A DNA stretch of 64,000 nucleotides from Haliotis rufescens (Eukaryota), in contig NW_025963783.1 in NCBI RefSeq assembly GCF_023055435.1, positions 558,001 through 622,000 of the forward strand, in the 5' to 3' direction. The notes under the pieces were generated by a model, which saw only the letters and a program-made list of their open reading frames with translations, did no database searches and was not told the DNA's origin. A program made the translations under genes and the position numbers. This document shows positions 36,791 through 50,697 of the stretch, in pieces (the first letter of the stretch is position 1; each line of letters begins with the position of its first letter).

Positions 36791-39700
36791 TACCGTATTT
36801 CCTCTATTTGACACTATCCGCCGTCTATTAATTTCGCGAGAGCCCTTGACAAAAACCCGGAGAAACTTTACACCAACTGAAAGAAGAGGTGTGTGAGGTA
36901 TTTAATGACCATGCCCGTGACAGTGACAGTGACTGTAAGTTCACACCAAGCGATATTGTGAATACTCACCGTCTTAGATCAAGTACAGTAAATCGCCCCA
37001 GTCCGGTTATTGTTCGTTTCACGTCGTTAGACTTGAAAATCAGGGCGATTGCGCTCCGTCCAAAGCTTAAAGAGAATGGTTACGGAATCGCAAATGACTT
37101 GACTATAGCTCAACGGAAGACGCTACAGGAGCTACGACGTAACAATAAGCGCGGATATTACAAGAAAGGGGTTCTTGTGGTTGAACATATGCAGACTACA
37201 GATAGACGTCATGAGTCTCCACCAGGCCACCCAGACACAGACCAGGCGACTTCAAAGACTCCGCCCAGGGCGGGTGTGCCAGCTAGTGTCCGAAACCCAC
37301 AGAATGAAGATGATTTTCGCAGATAGGGGTGTGGCCAAGGCCGTAACTGTAACTCTAATACCAGACTAACCACTTCTTTTGTATTCTGGAACATTGCTGG
37401 ACTACAATCGAAGCTCCACGATACTGACTTTATCTCATTCATACACCAATTTGATGTCATCAGTTTATGTGAAACATGGTCATCCCATAGTGATAGTCAA
37501 CTATGTTTCCCCGGATATATTACTCACTCCATCCCAGCTGAGCAAATATCATTTTTTGGGCGACTGTCAGGTGGTCTGGTTGTTTTGATAAAACAACACC
37601 TAGTCCAATATGTGAAAGGTTGTGTGACCGGTCCCAACGGAATTTTCATCGTACTGGACAAGCGCTTATTTTGTTTGGGAAAGGACACCATTGTAGCTTG
37701 TGTATATGTCCATCCTGAGGGCTCAACCTGGTATAAATCGGCTACAACGAAGTGTGGTATAAGTTTATTCTTTGAATCACTACTTGACGTGTTACAACGA
37801 TTTGGAGACTAAAGTATTTTGATTGGTGGCGACCTTAACTCTAGAACTGGCACAGATCCCGACGGAATTGAATGTGACATTGCCGAAAGGCTTGGGATTG
37901 ATGATTTTTCGGACATTTATGATAATATTGATATTAAGAGACATTCGTGTGATTCAAAAGTTAATAATTTTGGTAAAGTGCTATTGAATGTTTGTAGTGC
38001 TTTAAATTTATATATTTGTAATGACCGATGTGGTTCGGACGCTGGGAAAGGAGACTTTACATTTATAAGTCATATTGGACAGAGTGTTGTTGATTATATC
38101 ATAACAGGCCCTGACTTGTTTACATCATGTGACCGCTTCGATGTCCTATCTAGGTCAGATTCAGATCATCTGCCTGTTGCGTGTTCATTTGTGTCACGTG
38201 ATATGGCTTCTGTGGGTGCTAGCTTATGTAATGCACGAGATGTGCGTGACAACTCCCGTTATGTGTGGAATGAAGATAAAGTGTCAACATTTAGAGATGT
38301 ATTACTTTCTGACAAGTCAGCTTCAGTGTTTGATCAGTGTAATGAACATATTTTATCTGGAAAATTTGATGATGCTGTAACTTTATTCTCAGATTTATTA
38401 GGTAATGCAGCAGAATGTATGCGTAAGTTTTGCCCATCTGCTTGGTTAGTCGATAAGCAACCTTGGTTTGATAAAGAGTGTGAATTTCTTAGATTTGAAA
38501 AGCAAAGACTGCTTAAAGTTTATAGACTACTTGGGGATCATTTGGCACTTTCAAACTATCTACATGCAAGAAATAAATATACAAATATACTCCATAACAA
38601 AAGAAAAGCCTACCAAGATAAAATTCTTAGTAATATGGTGACAGGCATACACAACAGCAAAATATTTTGGTCACAATTGAAGCTACTCTCTGGTGAGGGA
38701 AGGAGACGCTCTCCTAATATAGAACTAGGAGATTGGTATCAGCAGTTTAAGAACTTATTTGGTGAATACTCTTCTTCAGAGGTTGAGGAGAATTTAGTTT
38801 TTGACGATGTTAATTTTGACGAAACAACTCAGAGTATTCTTGATTCCCCTATTTCACAGGATGAAGTGCTTGATGCGATTTCAGGATTGAAAAAATAATA
38901 AAGCTGCGGGAGATGATGGACTGATAGCAGAAATGTTTAAGTCTTCTCCTGATGTTCTGGTTCCTTTTTTGACATTCTTCTTTAATGCTATATTTGATTC
39001 TGCATATTTTCCCTCATCTTGGGCTGTTGGCCACATTGTTCCTATATATAAGAAAGGCGATGCCAATTCTCCCACTAATTATAGGGGTATCACTATCTTA
39101 AGTGTATTCAGTAAACTTTATATTTCTATTTTAAACAGAAGACTTCAGTTTTGGTCGGAATCCTATGATAGACTAGTAGAGTCTCAGGCTGGTTTTAGGA
39201 GTGGATATTCCACAACTGATAATATTTTTGTTTTAAATTCAGTAATAGAGAAATATTTGGCTAAGAAACGAGGTGTGATTTATGCCTTGTTTGTTGATTT
39301 TGCCAAAGCCTTTGATTCCATAGATAGATCCAAATTGCGTATGGTACTATACAAAAATGGTATTTCTCCGAAAATGTTCTGTTGTATACAGTCAATTTAT
39401 AAACAAGTTTTGGCATTGGTCAAATACAATAACTCATTTTCTGATATGTTTAGCTGCCGTAAGGGAGTTCGTCAAGGATGTGTCCTTAGTCCCATTTTGT
39501 TTGCCTTGTTCATAAATGATCTTGCCATAGATATTGAATCCAGTTGCGCACATGGTATCCAATTTCATCCAGATGTAGTTCAATTGTTTTTATTACTTTT
39601 CGCAGATGATGTCATTCTCATAGCAGATACTGTTTATGGTCTCCAGAAAAGAATCAATGTGTTAGAATGTTATTGTAAAGATTATTCATTAACAGTCAAT

Positions 39701-40993
39701 ATTGATAAAACTAAAGTAGTAGTTTTTAAAAATGGGAGTGTTCTTTCAAAATATGAAAAATGGGTTTACGATGGAAAATTGTTGGAATGTGTAACTACAT
39801 ATAAATACCTTGGTGTATTATTTTTTCGAAATCTATCTTGGAGTGCACATATATCTAATGTTGTTAATCAAGCTAAAAAGGTTTTGTTTAAGCTTTTGAA
39901 GTCCCTACAGCTAATTAAACCTACTCCTATGAATATTTTCTTTAAAATTTTTGATGCTAAAGTTGTGCCAGTACTTCTTTACGGTGCAGAAGTTTGGGGT
40001 TTATCTTTATCGTTTTGCGAGGAGATTGAAGTTGTTCATACACTTGCTTGTAAACGTATTATGGGAGTTAAGTCAGCAACTTCCAATCATGTTGTGCGTG
40101 GAGAGTGTGGGAGATACCCTTTGTATATCTATGCTTTCAAAAGATGCTTGAATTATTGGTGTAAGATTTTAAAGATGCCCGATTCGCGTTATCCACGAAA
40201 AAGTTACAATATGCTTGTGCAGCAGGCCATAGCAGGTAAGACTAATTGGGCCTCTAGAGTTAAATTACTTTTGTACGCCTATGGCTTTGGCTACGTATGG
40301 GAAAATCAGCATCTTGTTATTTCTATTTCATTTATTGATGAGTTCATACAAAGATTAAAATGCTCTTATGAACAAGATTGGCATTTTGCTTTGACCAATA
40401 GCCCCAAGTATTCATCATATCTTTGTTATAAATTTAGGTTTAGCAGGGAATTTTATTTATCGGCTATTACAATCAATAAGTTTGGCGTTGCACTGGCACG
40501 TTTTAGAGCTAGCTCCCACTCGCTCCACATAGAAACCGGGAGATATTTTGGTATCCCAAGACAGCGAAGGTTATGTATGGGTTGTAAAACAGGCTATGTT
40601 GAGTCTGAATACCATTTTGTATTGGTTTGTGAAAAATATTATGCTCTCCGAGTGACATATATTCCTCAAAAATATTATGTAAATCCATCAATAGAACAAT
40701 TTTACATACTTATGTCGTCTCTGCATCAGTCAACAATTAGAAGTCTGGCTTGTTATATTTACCACGCTTTTAAGTTAAGGAATTCATTTTTGCAGAAGTA
40801 ATATTCTTTATCTATGAATGCCTTGCTGTTGTGTATTTAGGTGTACACAGTTGTATTTTTATACATGTCTGGTGAACCGAATTGTACTATGGGCCGCTGG
40901 CCCACTCATGTACTGAATAAACAGATTAGACTCGGCGTGTATTAGAGACCTGTCTGGTATTAGAGACCCAGCGTGTATAAGAGGAAATATAGA
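36791..40993. mobile_element. Small TIR element (MITE) split by the LINE insertion
   Basis: Left end taccgtatttcctctat (36791); right end ataagaggaaatatag (to ~40993) is its approximate inverted repeat; internal tattagagacc repeats. Confidence 0.6.
36850..40930 (+). mobile_element. Near-intact non-LTR retrotransposon: ORF1 C-terminal part (to 37326) and ORF2 APE-RT (37327-40801)
   Basis: ORF1 THRL..PSPVIVRF..IANDLT; ORF2 WNIAGL, ETW, GGDLNSRTG, SDHLP, NYRGITIL, QAGFR, FVDFAKAFD, QGCVLSP, FADD, HFVLVC; only two lesions (TAA 37810-37812, extra A in 38890-38895). Confidence 0.97.
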
Positions 40994-41566
40994 TATGTTT
41001 TACAGTTCATATGGGGTGATCGATCGGCAGCCATTTTCTGTGAATCGATATGTAGGCTATCTATGTATTCATACTCACGTTTTTTTGTGAAAAGGCTTAA
41101 TATATTTGAAAGGGGTTTCCGTAGCAAAAAGAAAACCTCTTTTTAACCAATAAGAATCAAGCATTCAACAATGTCATGGTAGAATATGGCGTCACGTATT
41201 TTCCATTGAATACGTGAACACCCTTGAACACACAAACTTTACCTGTTATCAGATCTGGGTTATGAGACCCGCATATCCAGCAAACCTTTTGCACTATACA
41301 AATACACCCTCCAACCCTCTCACTCTACACCGTCAGCCTACTCAGTCTATACAAATACAAACTATAAATAGTACATACCCAACCTGTTTTCTCTACAGCT
41401 TTCAATATGCAGTCTACACTACATAAAATTGATTGCATTAAGCGACGGTTCAGTGTAGATATCAAACTGGAGAAGGAATGCATGATATGTTGTGACAAGC
41501 AGCAGATTAACATAAACAGCAACAGGTAATAGATGGGGTGCTCCCGGTTTCTCAACATTCCTTAAA

Positions 41567-41735
41567 ACAAGATAGACACAATTTTATGGATAACAACTTC
41601 TTTAATACGGTGAAAAGCGACGTTTCGGTATATAGATCCTATAGTTGCTTGACAACGGTATAAGGATCTCTTACCGAAACGTCCCTTTTCACCGTATTAA
41701 AGAAGTTGTTATCCATAAAATTGTGTCTATCTTGT
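41567..41735. repeat. ~78-bp-arm inverted repeat made of Penelope-like terminal-repeat sequence
   Basis: Arms 41567-41643 and 41658-41735 are near-perfect reverse complements; related single copy at 13866-13960. Confidence 0.85.
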
Positions 41736-41955
41736 CATCCGTCAACTTCTATGTAATGCCTATCAAACAATTTCAAACAAACCCAGTCAGACGTAGAACA
41801 ATAGAGGGATTAGTTTGGGAACACCGTGTTCGCCAATTAGCACTTATGCCAGGGTCTTATAATAACTGTTTTTTTGTCATTTTGGCCAATGTATTTGGTG
41901 AAATGATCAGAGGTTTGGACTGCAGACTGAGTATTGCCGTAGCGAAAGTGTTAAC

Positions 41956-42426
41956 CTATTGATCAGAAGAGCTGCTGCCTTGCCATTGGTTCCTCTAGCC
42001 CACACAGATGATGTTTGGCTCAACGCACTCAACGACGCCCCTCTCCATGATGTGAGAGTTCTCCGATTTACTGACTTTGTGACTGAAGTTTGGGTGGAGG
42101 GCGATCATGGACGAAGTACCTGGAATCACCACGACACCGTCGGCCCAAGAACGACCAACCAAGTAGAGGGCTGGCACTTCAAGCTCACCTCCATCATGGG
42201 CAGTCCCCACCCCAACATCTACAGAATTATTGACTTTTTAAAGACAGAACAAGCCTACACCGGTGCCCATATCCTGCAGCTTGTAGGTGGGGGTATGCTT
42301 AGACCCAGGAGATCTAAGTATCGACATCTTGAGACCAGACTTGATGCAGAAAAGACACACTTACACGAGGGAAGAAAGTCAGCAATTGAATTTGAAGATG
42401 CAGTGGCCCATTTTGTACGTTTGTGA
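41956..42426 (+). mobile_element. MULE (Mutator-like) transposase C-terminal fragment
   Basis: AALPLVP..F.D.V...W....WN....RTTNQVEGWH..L.....HPNIY..I..LK.EQ motif. Confidence 0.8.
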
Positions 42427-43678
42427 TGATCATGAAATGTCATGTCATGTTGGTTTGTTATAAATTGTCGAGTTGTATTTTAAATTTGATATGGAGACAT
42501 TATAAACTGTCGTGATATTGGAATATTAATTGTAAAATTCAATCATGTGCAAGTGCTGTGATATGGAAATCATGTGAAATCAAATATGATATAAATAATT
42601 CATTGAAATCATAGTGTGTCTAAAGAGCGTCGGTCACTCCTAAAAAGACAGTGGGATGTACCCACAGGTGTTAATCCATTAATCCCTGTGTTGTTCTAAG
42701 TTTTCCAATGCTTAGAAACCGGGAGTACACCTAATAGATAACACTATGCACTCGAGTCCAATGTTCTAAAACAGGAAGTCGGATATTTTTCGGCACTATG
42801 CTTCCGGCATGAAAGTGAGGCGTCCTGTGAACATTGTGATCTGGTAATTGTGAATTGACATTTGACTGGTCAGCTATATGTTGACAAAATATTGCATCCT
42901 GTCGTTCTCCTTTTGCTAGAATTATTGGCAGAAATTTTGAACTGCAAGATAACAATGACAGACCACATCGTGCCCATGTCGTTAACATTTGCCAGTGACT
43001 GTCACATATAAAATGACGTCAAAACTCAAATGGGAATTTTAAGATTTATATACATATATATACTTAAAATAGAATTTCCTGAATATTTCACGCTGATGCA
43101 CTCGTTAATCCCACACTGCCTGTGCAGCTTGCTCACACTCTCGTCATCTCTCTCAAACGGCCTCCATATTTCTCAATCATCTCGCTCCTCCACTGTCGTA
43201 CTCGTACTTCCCCATATATGATCTATTACCTAGGTATACAAAATAGACATAACAGGACATATTTGATCACAATATAATTGTATCAATGAAATGATATACA
43301 TCTATTTAATGTTGCTTCGCAACTGAACAAGTTCGCTTGTAGCTATAGCAATTATTTAAACACATTTACAGTTCAAGTATATACACAAGTTCATTTGTAT
43401 TCCATGAAACATAATGAGGGCGACTCTGGGATTTGAGGGATGCAGACATGCAGATTTAGAGGACTGCGCCCCTGGTGCCCCTTAAATGGGTACTGATAAA
43501 GGAAAGGATAAATGTCTTTATAAAGATGATGCAAATAGGTGCTCATATATTCATATTGATAGGTTTTATATTCATGTGAAGCACTTTCTAAGTACATCCT
43601 AACAAAACCTATATTTCTCTGTAAACAACCTTAAATATAAACCATGTCAACATAATACATGTGTATATTTCTTTTTAG

Positions 43679-45332
43679 AAACAAATAACTGCAACTTGTG
43701 TCATTGTGACGGGGAGGCAACTCTGGCTACATCTTGGTGTTCTGACTGTGACGTCTCGCTGTGTGGTGGATGTCTTAAGGCCCATGTTCGTAATCCTGCC
43801 TCCCGTCACCATGACGTATCTGACTTGTCAAGGGTTGTCAAGGTGAAGAAAAGACGCAAACCTATGTGTAAAGAACATCCAGATCAGAGGATGCAGTTCT
43901 ACTGCAAGGACTGTAAGAAACTACAATGTCAATCGTGTTGCATCTTGTATCACAGAAAGTGTGAGTCCATTGTCTCGCTTGCGTCTGTGTTGCCTGAAAT
44001 GCAAAACACTCTTCAAACTGTAAAACAGAAACTAGAGACTGATTTAGCAACATCAAACACTCGCCTTGCAAAGAAGGAAGCAAAACGTACTGAAATTAAC
44101 GAGAACAAGTCCAGCCTTCAGTCTCAGGTCCGATCAGCAACCCACACCGCCATTGACTTGATAAAGAAGAAGGAGAGACAACTCCTTGAACAGATAGATG
44201 ACGTCACAGAGAAACAAATAGGACAGCTGAAAGGAGACATGAAGCGTGAGGCGATGGCCAGGCAGATGATTCGTCAACACTCGGAGTTGCTGGGCAGAGC
44301 TCTGGAGTCTGAGAGTGACGTGGACATCTGTGAGATGTATCTGTGGAGTGAGTCGGAGGAGGCAGCCACTGTGTCTGTCCCAGAGTCAGGTATGGAGGAT
44401 GTATCTGGGGGCAAGGCTTGTTTCATACATAATCGTTATTTGATGTGTGAGGAACTAAACGATCTACACTTAGGTGTGATTGATATCATTGTTGAAGATG
44501 TTTTTGATTCTACATCTACAGCAGTTCTGTATGACACAGTGGACATATATGCAGAAGATGATAAGGAAAAACCCGAAGCTTATGACGTGGCAGTGTTTGT
44601 TGTCGACAACACAGACACTATAGTTGTCACAGATTACAACAAGTGTGTGAAATCCTTCTACAAAAGAAACAAGAAGTCATGTCAGAGTAAGCTGGGGTTA
44701 CAAAGCGCCCCTCGACGTATTGCTAAAATAAACAACAGTAAAATCTTGTGACTCTCCCTGACACTAAAGAAATAATAATAGTAGAAGTGAAGCCTGAGCT
44801 GGTTCTTCAATCATCCATCTCTACAAGGAAGGGGTACTACGGTCTGACATCCCTGACACCGACAACCCTGGCAGCAGGATCCGTGTCTCCTCCTTGTGTG
44901 GACATCCTGGACATGGCGGGGAATGTGTTGAGGACCCTGGATCCTGTCACAGATGGAAGGAAACTTGTATCAACTCCTCAGTACCTCAGTACCACCAGGC
45001 AGGGTAACATCCTCGTGTCTTGCAGTGGATACGTAGCTCGCAGAGTCCTCTGTTTGACTCCTCATGGAGATGTTGTGTTCAGATATCAGCCTAAACAGCA
45101 AAGGCCTTCCCCTCGTGGAATCACTGAAACCAACACAGAACATATCCTGGTTATAGATCGCAGAGCAAAATGTGTGATTCAACTCAGCGCTTCTGGGACG
45201 TTTGTGAGGGAAGTGTTGACGTCACGTGATGGTATTACATCTCCGTATTGTCTCCACCTGTCTGAAAGTCAGCACCTGTATGTCACAGATGGTGACTGTG
45301 TGAAGATCTACAGATTTACAAGAAACACCTAA
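43679..45332 (+). pseudogene. TRIM-A1: B-box1, B-box2, coiled coil, NHL-like propeller exon; RING exon absent, 1-bp frameshift near 44745
   Basis: CNLC..WCSDC..LCGGC..H..H and CKEH..YCKDC..CQSC..HRKC; aaaatcttgtg versus aaaatggctgtg in A2. Confidence 0.88.
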
Positions 45333-47334
45333 GATGTGGAAGCATAACGATTGTACCTGGTAGAACACGTCACCATCTGAGTGACAATAGTTTATGTAAA
45401 TATGAATTTCCAATACAAGAGAACAATCAGTCTAGACTGTCCGCCGAAACAGATAAAAATTTGACGTGAAGTGCAAAATAGTTATGAAATTTATATGGAT
45501 GGACCAGTGATATTGGGTGATGACACCAGATGTTCGCGAAAAGGGTAAGCATGTCCGGCACTATCGGTAGCACTCGCAAAATCACACAATTTTCATGACA
45601 AAGGAAGTATTTGTCCCTGACGCGGCACAGCTGTACTCGTATCGCGAGACGGCGGCATGTAAACAAACCAGACAATCAAGTGATCGATGAACCAGAATAT
45701 CCAGTGACACGTTAGTGCATTAACTGATTTTGTTGAAACTAATAAAACCGATACGTTTATTTTAACCTACGAATTAAGGGCACCGATTCTGCCAGCACAG
45801 AACTGGAATTGTCACCCGTTAATTTTAACCTACGAATTAAGTGCACCGATTCCGCTTCTTAAAAGAAAGAAGAACGTTTAAGAACTATTATGTGAGGCAG
45901 TGGTTGGGGGGTGCGCAGTTTTATTGTGCCCACACCAGGTTTTCGCGATGTTTGTGTCTGACATTGATGTGGAACTGTGAGACATCAATGTGGTGTACGT
46001 GAACAATGAATGCACAGAACTGGAATTGTCACCCGTCAAACAAATATTCCGTTATTGAATGTGCATGTATTACGTGTATATTTAAGTTAGCGGGGAGGGG
46101 AGGGGAGGGGAGGGCGGATTTCGGGCGACTGCTGGAAACTAAATCCTTATTGCCCCGTGAAGTATATAATAATATATTTGTAAATACAATACAACTGATA
46201 ATTAAACCATTAACAACTTCCTGTCAGTTTAAGTGTATTTGTTAACATGTACATGCATATCCGTGTGTTTACATTTCTGTCATAATAAAAGTGCTGTCAG
46301 TACCTTTGTACAGATTGTCTTTCTTGTTTAAATGAATACATAACACACACCACACCACTGTGGAACTCGTTCTACGATGTGAAAAGGGATCGTTTCAGCG
46401 CTTGGTTTTTTTCGTGGAACGCGACGCATGTCTTTGTAACAAACATCAGTTAACGATGTGTGATGTGAAGGGAGAAATGGTAGTTAAAATCTCATGTGAC
46501 CCCGTTACTTACAAATACATATTGTTTCCATATATATTGATGCTGTTTTGTTCATTCATCCAAGGACAAGTTTAGAAAACATGAGCGATCACAACACTGC
46601 CGACAAGCTGGTTAATTTACATATACTTATAATTCCATGAAACAGTCGTGAATGCCATGGTTATCTATCAGAAGTATGGAAAATAGTTTACAGATATACA
46701 TCCGTTTCATCGTCAGTATTAATACCTCGCCAAGGCTCTGAACTCACTATATACCACTGGGAACAGATAACACGTACTTTCTCGTTGCCCAAAGGTTATT
46801 TCTGTAAATAATAAGTTTGCTTCAATCGATAAAACGGTATATGATCGGTTACGGATGTTTCGTGAATTGTAAACAGGATCTTACACAGCATATATGCTTC
46901 TGTTCTCGAAATAATATTCTGCCCAGATCATACACATATTAATGGCAAATGTTTCCGTTTATTTGGCGTAGAATATGCTTGTGAATAAGGGTGCTAAACC
47001 TACAGATGCAAGTGTCACATCCGCGTAGAAGAAGGTTGTAGTTTCTCTAAATTGCAGCTATGTTTCAATTAAAAAGTCACCAATTACATATGACAGTGTC
47101 CCTTCTTCAATTGCACATTTGATTTACCAGGGGTGTTTGTGTTTATTGCTTTTCCTCAAATTCTGTTGAGACAATCGATGTTAGGTGTTATTTGTGTAAA
47201 TGTGAACAAGGTTCAGTTTTCAACCGTGTTTCGCTGTCGGGAACAACAGTGACGTAATCAGCTGTTTAATGTTTGGCAGAGTAAGAAGTAGTCACGCATA
47301 CAAAAAAAGCCATTATGTTACTATGATATTAGGC

Positions 47335-47440
47335 CACAGGGGACACCAGAAATGGGCTTCATACATTGAATCCATGTGGGGACTAGGACCTGTGACCTGT
47401 GACCTGTGAACGCTCTAACTAATAGTCTACCCCTCCTTCA
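47335..47440 (-). mobile_element. tRNA-derived SINE family D remnant (duplicated at about 60510-60605)
   Basis: agaaatgggcttcatacattgaatccatgtgggg...gaacgctctaactaatagtctaccc. Confidence 0.55.
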
Positions 47441-48024
47441 CCCATCTACTACCCATCCGTGTACCCATCACAGCCCTCCCCCCCCCCCCCCCCCCCCCCC
47501 CCTACACACACACACACACACATCCCCCACCAATATAACATTCTCGTCCCATAATGCCAGCTTTACAGTTCTAGCCCACTGAGATACCACGCCGCAGTAT
47601 AACGTGGCTGCATACAGTCACATTTAACTGACACCGAGGCTGTCAGCCTTGTTTTATCACCTCAAAAAAGTCATCGAATCACGTCAAAGCCAAAATATTC
47701 AACACTTTAAATACAATAGTTGTTATGCACATGTCAATACAAAGGGGGACACAGCTTAACAAAATGATTTTATTTTACCTTCTAAAAGTCAATGTTTCGT
47801 AAACATATTGTTTCATAACAATGCGCTTGCGCCACCTATGCATCTATCATCATCTCATCATCAGGATCGAACACAGTCAGTCATCGGACCACGGAAGTAG
47901 GAGTAAACACACCTACATTGGCTTCACACTGGTTGTGTTTCTCAATCACGTTATATAACTGAAACACTATTCAAAGTGAGATCTATACAAAATCATTCAC
48001 TCGTTCATTCACCGAGATCACCCT

Positions 48025-50085
48025 TCATGTACATCTTGGTTTGGTGCGTGTTATAAACCTGTAGACCATCACACAGTGGCGGTTGGTGACGTACAGACGC
48101 CTCCGCTTATCAAAGTACAGGCCGTAAGGGAAAGTGATGCCATCCCTTGACGTCAGAACGTCTCTCAACCATGTGCCTGAACTACTCAAATGAACCACTT
48201 TGTTTGACATGTCGTCAACAACAAGCATGTCGCCTGTGTTTGTTCCAGTGATGCCGCATGGATTCATTGCTCGGTGTTGTCCTGTGGGTACATAATTAAA
48301 CACAACATCTCCGTTTGGTGTCATACATAGCACATGACTTCTTGGGGCATGACTGCATGATTCAGCGTCCTCAACACATTCCCCGCCATGTCCAGGATGT
48401 CCACACAGGGAGGCGACCCGGATCCTGCTGCCAGGGTAGTCGGTGTCAGGGCTGTCAGACCAAAGTACTTCTTCCTCGTTAAAATGTATGATTGGAGAAC
48501 AAGGTCAGGGTTCACTTCAATCACTATTATCTCCCTTGTCTCGGGAAGGGTCATGGCCATGTGATGGGCATTAAGTTTTGCAATCCGCCGAGGGGGGCTC
48601 TGAACAGAGAGCTTACTCTGACAGGGTTGAGTATTGCGTGTGTAGAAGGATTTGACGCACTTGTTGTTATTATCAGTTACAACTATGGTGTCTGTACCGC
48701 CTTCATTGAACACTGCCACATCATAAACATGAGGTAAACTTGTCTCAGCTTCTGTTTGTATGACCACTGTGTCGTGCAGAACTGATGACGATGTAGAATC
48801 AAACACATCTTCATATATGGTATCAATTTCACCCAAGCTTACCTCGTGTATATTGTTACAGATCTCTTCACACTCATGCATAAAACATACTTTCTCTCTC
48901 AGTTCATATTTTATATCTGAATCTGGGTCGTATACTGTAGGAAACTCCTCTGACTCACACCACAGGTACATCTCATAGATGTCCATTTCACTTCCAGACT
49001 CCAGAGCTCTGTCTATCATCACAGAGTGATGACTTATCATCCGCTTGGCCACCTCCTCAGACTTCATTTCAGTTTTCAGTCGCTCGATGTGTTTCTCAGT
49101 GGCGTCATCCAGTTGGTCCAGGAGTTGTCGTTCCTTCTTCATTTTGGCTTCTGTGACTGTCTGGATTGTGGATCGGATCTGACACTGAACGGTGACTCTG
49201 TTCTTTATTACCTCAGTCCGTTTGGTTTCTAAAACTGTTAGCAAACTGTCTGTTGCTTGTAAATGAGACGCTAGTCTTTCCTTAACTCCTGTAACACAGC
49301 TGATCAGTTCTGGCATAACGGATTCAAACGGTAGAATTGCCTCACACTTTCTGTGATACAGGATGCAACAGGACTGACATTGTAGTTTCTTACAATCTTT
49401 GCAGTAGAACTGCATGCTTTGATCTGGATGTTGCTTACAGAATGGTTTGCGTCTTTGGTTGATTTTGACCTCTGTGGACAGGTCAGAAACGTCATGGTGA
49501 CGAGTGGCAGGAATACGTCTGTGAGCCTTCTGGCATCCCTCACAAAGACTGATGTCACAGTCAGCACACCAAGCAGTTGCTGGAGGTGCCGCTCCTTCAT
49601 CACTACATAGGATGCACTTCGGGTATCTGCAAGTATGCATACAAATGTGTCAGTTATTTTTCAACAATAGAACTATAATATTACGAAATAACCTTTAGCC
49701 TTTCAATGTACATACAAGGAATTCACAAACCAGGGATAGAAGAACGTAGCAATGTTAGGATGAGTTCAACACTGGTAGCCTATTCGGAAATACCTTTTGT
49801 CTTGGGATTAAATGAATCCAAGAGACCCTGAATCAAAAAGCTGGGTTTCACCTCCTGTGCCCACTCTTCAACTGGCCTGCTTGTGTTGGCAACTTTGGTC
49901 ATCTTTCTACAGAATGGACAGAGGAGAGACTTGGCACTGATGGCTTATGGTCTGGTTTCAGTGTAGCTAACGACACACTTCCGACAAAATGTGTGATAAC
50001 ACACAAGTGTACAGGGGTCAGCAAAGACGTCCATGCAGATGCTGCACGTCAAGAAGTTGTCTTTCAATTGTCGGTGCACTGCCAT
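48025..50085 (-). pseudogene. TRIM-B1: RING exon 50085-49794, exon 2 49626-48025
   Basis: C3HC4 RING, two B-boxes, coiled coil, NHL-like repeats; TAA at 49945-49947, 1-bp deletion at the start of exon 2, ~76-bp deletion at about 48358 relative to B2. Confidence 0.92.
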
Positions 50086-50370
50086 CTAAAATGTTAAAAT
50101 AAAAATATTGGAAATCATCAACTTAACATTATACACATTTTCATCCGTAAGAACACATTTTTGTTTTTGAATGGTATACTGGCAGTTTTTATCAATAATG
50201 AACTCACAGAGAGTAGATATGGATACAAGATCGTTAAAGACATAAAGTATTTTGCTGTGTGCTCATGTACCTCCAACACATGTTAATGTTCCGATGCCTA
50301 ATTATGACTACAATCCTTAACAACATACCAAAGCGTTTGCGTGTGTGTGTGTTTGAGAGAGAGAGAGAGA

Positions 50371-50649
50371 GAGTGAGTGAGTGAGTTGGGTTTAACGCCG
50401 CTTTTAACATTATTCCAGTTTTATCGCGGCGTGTCAGCTTAACGTGGGAGGAAAGCCCGAAGTGATGCAGGTCTTAGACGTTTACCACTTCGGTGAAACC
50501 TACGAGCACGGGTATGGTGCTGACAAACCTAGAAACATAATCGGGATGAACCGGGATTCGAACCCACAATCATAGGTTTCTGGCGTGTCCAGGGGATGCA
50601 ACTCTGCACAGCGAATCGCGGTGCCTTAGACGACTGGGCCACCCGTGCC

Positions 50650-50651
<2 letters not shown>
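50371..50651 (-). mobile_element. SINE family A, full length, inserted in a (GA)n microsatellite
   Basis: Complete body with B box; (GA)n on both sides (50354-50370, 50652-50740). Confidence 0.9.
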
Positions 50652-50697
<46 letters not shown>

